DNA of 64,000 nucleotides from Methanobacteriota archaeon (lineage in GTDB: Archaea > Thermoplasmatota > Poseidoniia > Poseidoniales > Poseidoniaceae): the NCBI GenBank assembly GCA_002706065.1, contig PAJM01000017.1, positions 77,044 through 141,043 on the forward strand, read 5' to 3'. A program made the translations under genes and the position numbers. The notes beneath the pieces are model-generated. The model saw only the letters and a list, made by a program, of their open reading frames with translations. It was not told the origin of the DNA and ran no database searches. Positions 59,351 to 64,000 of this stretch are shown piece by piece (the first letter of the stretch is position 1; every line of letters begins with the position of its first letter).

Positions 59351-61630
59351 ATGTTCGATTTACCAGAACATCTTGCTGAGAGATGTCGAATGGTCAATTC
59401 GATTGAAGACTTCAACGGCAATGGTCCAATTGTGGTATGGCTCAAATCATCCCTCAGAACCCATGAAAATCCTGCCTTAGACGCAGGATGCTATCTTGCA
59501 CATCAATGGAACCTTCCATTGCTTGTCTACCAAGGTATTGATGAACGATATCCACATGCAAATGCCCGACACCACAACATCCTTTTCGATGCGGCAGTTG
59601 ATATGCACCATGGCTGCGAACAACGAGGTATCGATTACGTCTTGCACATTGCGCGTGAGGGTTATCGCCCATCGGTCATGAAGGAATTTGCGGCATCAGC
59701 CAGCATGATCATCACGGATTTGTTTCCACTCCCGCCTTGGAAGGACTGGGTAAAACGATTGGCGAACAAAGCCAACTGCCCGGTAATCGAAATCGATTGC
59801 CATTGTGTGGTTCCAATGCCCGTTTTTGGTAAATCTGTTGATCGTCCGTTTCGATATCGAGACGCAACAAAGAAGTTGAGGAAGCGAAGGGTAGGAAATC
59901 CTTGGCCTCACCTCGACACGACCAAACTTCAATCTTGGAAAGGTCCTCTTCCGTTTGACCCTATTGAGATTTCAGCCATATCATCAATGGAAAAGCGATT
60001 GGAGCTCTTGCATCAGTGCAACATCGATATGTCTGTACATCCGGTTTGGAAACAACGTGGTGGAGAGCGGGCAGCACTTCAACGATGGCAAGAATTTCTC
60101 TCCAAAGGATTGTCTGGTTATGCTCGTCGACGAAACAATGCTGCAGATCCATATGGTGTTTCCAGGCTCTCCATGGCCATCCACTATGGCATGATCTCGG
60201 TCTTGAAAATCGTACGAGAAGCCCATGCGGTTGGAACCAAATCTGCAGAGAAATTTTTGGACGAGTTGCTCATTTTCAGGGAACATGCATGGCATCATGT
60301 GTACTCAAAGGAGGAACCCTATGGAGCACATAACCTCCCGAATTGGGCCTTAGAGTCATGGCAGGACACCTCGGATGACGTGCGAGCGACGCTATTGGAA
60401 CGAGAAGACTTTGAAGTCGGAGCCTCACCAAATAAGCTCTGGAATTTATGCCAAACCTCGTTGTATCGTCACGGAGAATTGCATAACAACCTCCGGATGA
60501 CGTGGGGAAAAGCAACTCCACATTGGACAACATCAGTAGAAGAATCTCTCCTCATAGGGCAACATTTGAACGACAAGTATGCTCTTGATGGAAGAGATCC
60601 CTCATCGATTGCAGGGATTCATTGGTGCCATGGATTGTTTGATCGACCGTTTTTGCCCCCACTACCAGTCATGGGTGTCGTGCGAAAACGAGAACTTGAA
60701 ACGCATCAGTCACGACTTGACATCGAAGCATATGAGCGATATGTCACTCAACTTGCGTATCAACAACAACGCCCATTCATCATCGTCGGTGCAGGGTATG
60801 CAGGAGCCCGTGCAGCACAGATTTTGACAACATACGGCTACGATGTACTTGTCCTCGATAAAGGAACAATTCCAGGTGGACGTTCGTCGACCAAACGACG
60901 CAAGAATGGCGCCTACAATCATGGATCAGACACACGTTCTGGCACGGATGCTTTGCATGCTGATGAGCACATTATCTCGATGCTTGAGGGGACTGATGTG
61001 CTTTGTGAAACCCGAATTGTCTCCATTGAAACCCATCCTGAATTTGTCGTTCTTGAGGATGAAAAAGGATTCACATGGGAAGCGGAGGGTGTGATCTTAA
61101 CCTGTCCGATACCACAACTTCAACCTCTCATTCCTCAACTCGTGCCGCAGCATTGGGCCGACCATCCCTACGTTTCAAATTGGACATTGATCTGTACCGG
61201 AAAAAAACCCGTCCCAAACAAATTACTCGTCAATGATAATCCTTCTATAGAATTAATTCGGCGTGGCACAAACCATACAGAATCGAATGTCCTCATCGTC
61301 CACATGACCTATGATTGGAGTAAGAAGTATCTGGAACACTCAAGAGAGGAAATCACTGAATTGATACTGGCTGAACTCAACACAGCAACATCAGAATGGT
61401 TGGAAGGAGCAGAACTTCATGCACATCGGTGGCGTTTTTCTCGTCCCTCTGTCCAACCTGAGCGTGTTGATAACCAACGAATTACATTTGCAGGCGATGC
61501 ATGGGCCGAACCTATTGGAACCATTGAGGCTGCAATAACATCCGCTGAATTTGCTGCACTCGAATTGATCTGGAAACAGCATTATGCCCAGGCTCCACAA
61601 AAAGTTTCAATGCAGACAACCTTGTTTTAG
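59351..61630 (+). CDS. phr: Fusion protein: class II CPD photolyase-like domain plus renalase-like NAD/FAD-dependent oxidoreductase domain
   Basis: Photolyase blocks 'SRLSMAIHYGMIS', 'LDELLIFREHAWH', 'LWNLCQ...GELHNNLRMTWGK', 'LNDKYALDGRDPSSIAGIHWCHGLFDRPF'. These are followed by the dinucleotide fold 'FIIVGAGYAGARAAQILTTYGYDVLVLDKGTIPGGR' and 'HAHRWRFSRP'. I prefer ATG 59351 over GTG 59276, which would overlap the divergent SDR gene. Confidence 0.85.
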   Translation: MFDLPEHLAERCRMVNSIEDFNGNGPIVVWLKSSLRTHENPALDAGCYLAHQWNLPLLVYQGIDERYPHANARHHNILFDAAVDMHHGCEQRGIDYVLHIAREGYRPSVMKEFAASASMIITDLFPLPPWKDWVKRLANKANCPVIEIDCHCVVPMPVFGKSVDRPFRYRDATKKLRKRRVGNPWPHLDTTKLQSWKGPLPFDPIEISAISSMEKRLELLHQCNIDMSVHPVWKQRGGERAALQRWQEFLSKGLSGYARRRNNAADPYGVSRLSMAIHYGMISVLKIVREAHAVGTKSAEKFLDELLIFREHAWHHVYSKEEPYGAHNLPNWALESWQDTSDDVRATLLEREDFEVGASPNKLWNLCQTSLYRHGELHNNLRMTWGKATPHWTTSVEESLLIGQHLNDKYALDGRDPSSIAGIHWCHGLFDRPFLPPLPVMGVVRKRELETHQSRLDIEAYERYVTQLAYQQQRPFIIVGAGYAGARAAQILTTYGYDVLVLDKGTIPGGRSSTKRRKNGAYNHGSDTRSGTDALHADEHIISMLEGTDVLCETRIVSIETHPEFVVLEDEKGFTWEAEGVILTCPIPQLQPLIPQLVPQHWADHPYVSNWTLICTGKKPVPNKLLVNDNPSIELIRRGTNHTESNVLIVHMTYDWSKKYLEHSREEITELILAELNTATSEWLEGAELHAHRWRFSRPSVQPERVDNQRITFAGDAWAEPIGTIEAAITSAEFAALELIWKQHYAQAPQKVSMQTTLF

Positions 61631-61741
61631 AATGGAAAAGAATCTTTTGATCCCATGGTATCATGCACATCAACAGATTCAACGACATGGAATCATCACA
61701 CATGATTTCGTGCGAGAGGTGATAAACCTCGGTGTTTAGAG

Positions 61742-61930
61742 ATGGTCATGGCATTCATTGCATGTATACACTGCTTAAGCGTACGAGTGTACCCGTACAT
61801 GGGTTTCATGACTGGGCAACAATATCAATGCCAAGATTGTGAATCAATATCACCCATCATTATCGAATTTGATTCTGAAGAAGATCGACTTGCTTTCCAA
61901 GCTGCACGGGATGCTGAAGAAGAAGAGTAA
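61742..61930 (+). CDS. Small zinc-ribbon protein with acidic tail (hypothetical)
   Basis: 'CIHC...CQDC' and C-terminal 'ARDAEEEE'. 62 aa. Confidence 0.45.
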   Translation: MVMAFIACIHCLSVRVYPYMGFMTGQQYQCQDCESISPIIIEFDSEEDRLAFQAARDAEEEE

Positions 61931-61999
61931 ATCGATACCTACTTGGTTCGCATAAGCCGAATCTTCATATGTAAAAAGGCATATTGCACACTGGATGGG

Positions 62000-62401
62000 A
62001 TGCATATGATTGAGCGTAAGCAGGATGCACTACACGGGGCAATGCTCCGATCACTAATGGCCGAACACCTTCGAGAAGAACGAGAGAAAGGGCAACATCA
62101 GCCCATTCAAGATTCATCCTTTACTGCCCTTGCATCACGAATTGTCGATGATGCTCGAAGCGGGGTGACCCACAAATCAGCAGCAACAAACCTCCTTTCC
62201 GAAATCGGATTGCAACCTCCAAAGGATGTCGTAGAACAATCACCTCTCCGTCACGTCGGAAAACGAGCCAAGAAAGTACCTCTCAACAAGCGCAAAGTGC
62301 GGAAAGTCAAGCGTTCTTCTCGTGCCCCTCATCAGACCCGTACACGACCTGCGGTGGGTCATGAACGAAGAAAGAGAGTCATTCAACTTCCCCGCAACTA
62401 A
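62000..62401 (+). CDS. Hypothetical protein with highly basic C-terminus
   Basis: ORF 61943..62401, with likely start at ATG 62000 ('MHMIERK'). K/R-rich tail 'KRAKKVPLNKRKVRKVKRSSR'. Confidence 0.4.
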   Translation: MHMIERKQDALHGAMLRSLMAEHLREEREKGQHQPIQDSSFTALASRIVDDARSGVTHKSAATNLLSEIGLQPPKDVVEQSPLRHVGKRAKKVPLNKRKVRKVKRSSRAPHQTRTRPAVGHERRKRVIQLPRN

Positions 62402-62448
62402 GACCAACCGTCAAAAAGGGAAAACACTGCGGATGGTTGGGTGAGACC

Positions 62449-63645
62449 ATGATCGACCTTGCGAATCCAAGTGAAGAACATCTTATGCTTCGAGAAATGA
62501 TTCGCGACTTTGTTCAAGAATTCGTTGAACCACAGGCCCATGAGTACGACAAAAAGGAACAATTCAATCTCGAACTGTTCAGAGAACTTGGTGAACTCGG
62601 GCTTCTCGGAATTACCGTACCTGATCAATATGGAGGAGCAGGCTTAGATGCCGTTGCAGCGACAATCGCTCACGAGGAACTTTCCTACTCTGATGCAGGA
62701 TTTGGTCTTGCTTACTTAGCTCACTCAATGCTCTTTGTCAACAATCTAGCGTACAACGGAAGCGAAGAGCAAAAGACACGTATTCTCCCGAAGGTTTGCT
62801 CAGGCGAATGGATTGGAGCCATGGCGATGTCGGAACCAGATGCAGGAACGGACGTACTCGGCCTATCGACTACCGCCGAGAAAAACAAGGATGGTAACTG
62901 GGTTTTGAATGGTCGTAAAATGTGGATTACCAACGGGTGCATCGATGATCAAGGAACACCTGCTGATGTTGTATGGGTTTATGCCCGAACAGGCTATGAT
63001 GAAAAAGGCCGAACCCAACTTTCCACCTTTCTCGTCGAAAAAGGAACGCCAGGATACAGCGTGGGACAGAAGATTTTCGACAAAACGGGCATGCGTGCTT
63101 CGAATACTGCGGAACTTGTGTTTGACGACTGCATTGTACCATCCGCAAACCTCGTTGGAGACGAGGGAGGTTCTCTCATCCACATGATGGGCAACCTGGA
63201 AATTGAACGGCTTACCCTCGCTGCAATGTCCTTAGGTATTGCACGCCGATGTTTGCATGAAATGAACAAGTACGCATCAGAGCGAGAGGCCTTTGGCGTA
63301 CAAATCCGGTCGTTTGGACAAATGCAACGTCACATTGCGGAGTCATGGGCGAAATACAGAGCAATGCGCGCCTACATCTACGACACTGCGAACAACATCA
63401 AACTCGGTTCTGCCGGTCAGCGTCTTGATTCTGATGGAGTCAAACTATTCGCAACAACAGCTGCGAAAGAAATCGCAGACGCTGCCATACAAGTGATGGG
63501 AGGATATGGTTACGTTGCAGAGTACCACGTTGAACGACTCTGGCGGGACTCAAAACTCCTAGAAATTGGCGGTGGAACGCTTGAATCTCATCAAAAGAAC
63601 ATCACTCGAGATCTTGCTAAAGATGGAGAAGCCATCAATCGATGA
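62449..63645 (+). CDS. Acyl-CoA dehydrogenase (isovaleryl-CoA dehydrogenase-like)
   Basis: 'GAMAMSEPDAGTDVLGLSTTA', 'VLNGRKMWITNG', 'QVMGGYGY', 'YEIGGGT-like LEIGGGTLE'. Confidence 0.9.
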   Translation: MIDLANPSEEHLMLREMIRDFVQEFVEPQAHEYDKKEQFNLELFRELGELGLLGITVPDQYGGAGLDAVAATIAHEELSYSDAGFGLAYLAHSMLFVNNLAYNGSEEQKTRILPKVCSGEWIGAMAMSEPDAGTDVLGLSTTAEKNKDGNWVLNGRKMWITNGCIDDQGTPADVVWVYARTGYDEKGRTQLSTFLVEKGTPGYSVGQKIFDKTGMRASNTAELVFDDCIVPSANLVGDEGGSLIHMMGNLEIERLTLAAMSLGIARRCLHEMNKYASEREAFGVQIRSFGQMQRHIAESWAKYRAMRAYIYDTANNIKLGSAGQRLDSDGVKLFATTAAKEIADAAIQVMGGYGYVAEYHVERLWRDSKLLEIGGGTLESHQKNITRDLAKDGEAINR

Positions 63646-64000
63646 CTTCGTTGACCTCTTTGATTCCAACCATCTGTTTCGTCATGCGCCATGCAGATGT
63701 GATCATACTGACACCAATAATCGCAGAAGATGCGAGGACAGTTGTCCATACCCATGCGCTCGAGATCGTTGAAAGAGATTCTTCTGAAAGGAGCATCCCC
63801 ATCATCGCAGCCATTGCAATCGCCAATGAAATTTGGATGCGATAGAGGAGAGGAACTGTGAGAATTGTTCCCACTCGAGACATTCTATAGAAAAGAAACA
63901 TCGACCATGTAAAGACACCAACTGTCCAAAGAGGGATACTTATCTGGTACGTGTTGAAGAGAAGAAACTCATTGTCACGGATGTATCCATCTGCAGAAAA
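63635..64000 (-). CDS. Membrane protein, 5'-truncated at window edge (hypothetical)
   Basis: I translated the minus strand upstream of the listed start (63901) and found no stop up to nt 64000, so the gene probably begins beyond the window. The content is hydrophobic helices. Confidence 0.45.
   Translation of the reverse strand, partial: FSADGYIRDNEFLLFNTYQISIPLWTVGVFTWSMFLFYRMSRVGTILTVPLLYRIQISLAIAMAAMMGMLLSEESLSTISSAWVWTTVLASSAIIGVSMITSAWRMTKQMVGIKEVNEVID

Noticed and set aside
61715-61734. Perfect SD-like 'GAGGTGA' (61715-61721) followed by GTG 61732, suggesting a small gene upstream of and overlapping the 61742 ORF
   Set aside because: The GTG-initiated frame encodes only ~36 aa with no features and overlaps the zinc-ribbon ORF in another frame. 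The evidence is insufficient. The GAGGT...ACCTC pairing may be only a weak 5-bp hairpin.
1-64000. Search by eye for CRISPR arrays, IS or transposase genes, integrases, prophage blocks, and rRNA or tRNA genes
   Set aside because: I saw no regularly spaced direct repeats and no transposase, integrase or phage-like ORFs. No intergenic region is long enough for an rRNA, or foldable into a tRNA. This is a manual scan only, so tRNAscan/Infernal and a repeat finder should confirm it.

Overview
The window is a densely packed archaeal chromosome segment of about 62 protein genes with almost no intergenic space. By eye I found no rRNA, tRNA, CRISPR array, IS element or prophage. The informational genes are clearly archaeal: aEF-2, S12 and S7, RFC large subunit, TiaS, aIF-5A, archaeal-type GlyRS, and a 10-gene tightly coupled run of proteasome alpha, SBDS, Rrp4, Rrp41, Rrp42, L37Ae, Pcc1-like, prefoldin beta, DHH and an unknown protein. 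These are mixed with bacterial- or eukaryote-like genes (SelO, eukaryote-type IDI1, class II photolyase, OPT, MFS and EamA transporters, long-form Lhr). The acidic proteins, a giant secreted adhesin-like protein and the extreme compaction suggest a planktonic Thermoplasmatota (Marine Group II/III-like), but that is inference only.

The observations most worth follow-up are:
1. A MamK/MreB-type actin homologue in an operon with a double zinc-ribbon protein and a bitopic membrane protein.
2. An isoprenoid-precursor neighbourhood: a UbiD-family candidate anhydromevalonate-phosphate decarboxylase with a Nudix partner, an IDI1-GGPPS fusion, IPK, and a thiolase with an aberrant DUF35.
3. A class II photolyase fused to a renalase-like FAD oxidoreductase.
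4. A 1202-aa cysteine-free C-type-lectin/LamG/PPC/EF-hand/TSP3 surface protein beside an archaeosortase-like gene.
5. A 1763-aa long-form Lhr helicase.
6. Systematic 3' overlap at 10 of the 12 convergent gene pairs.

All domain calls come from reading motifs in the translated ORFs. No database search was run.
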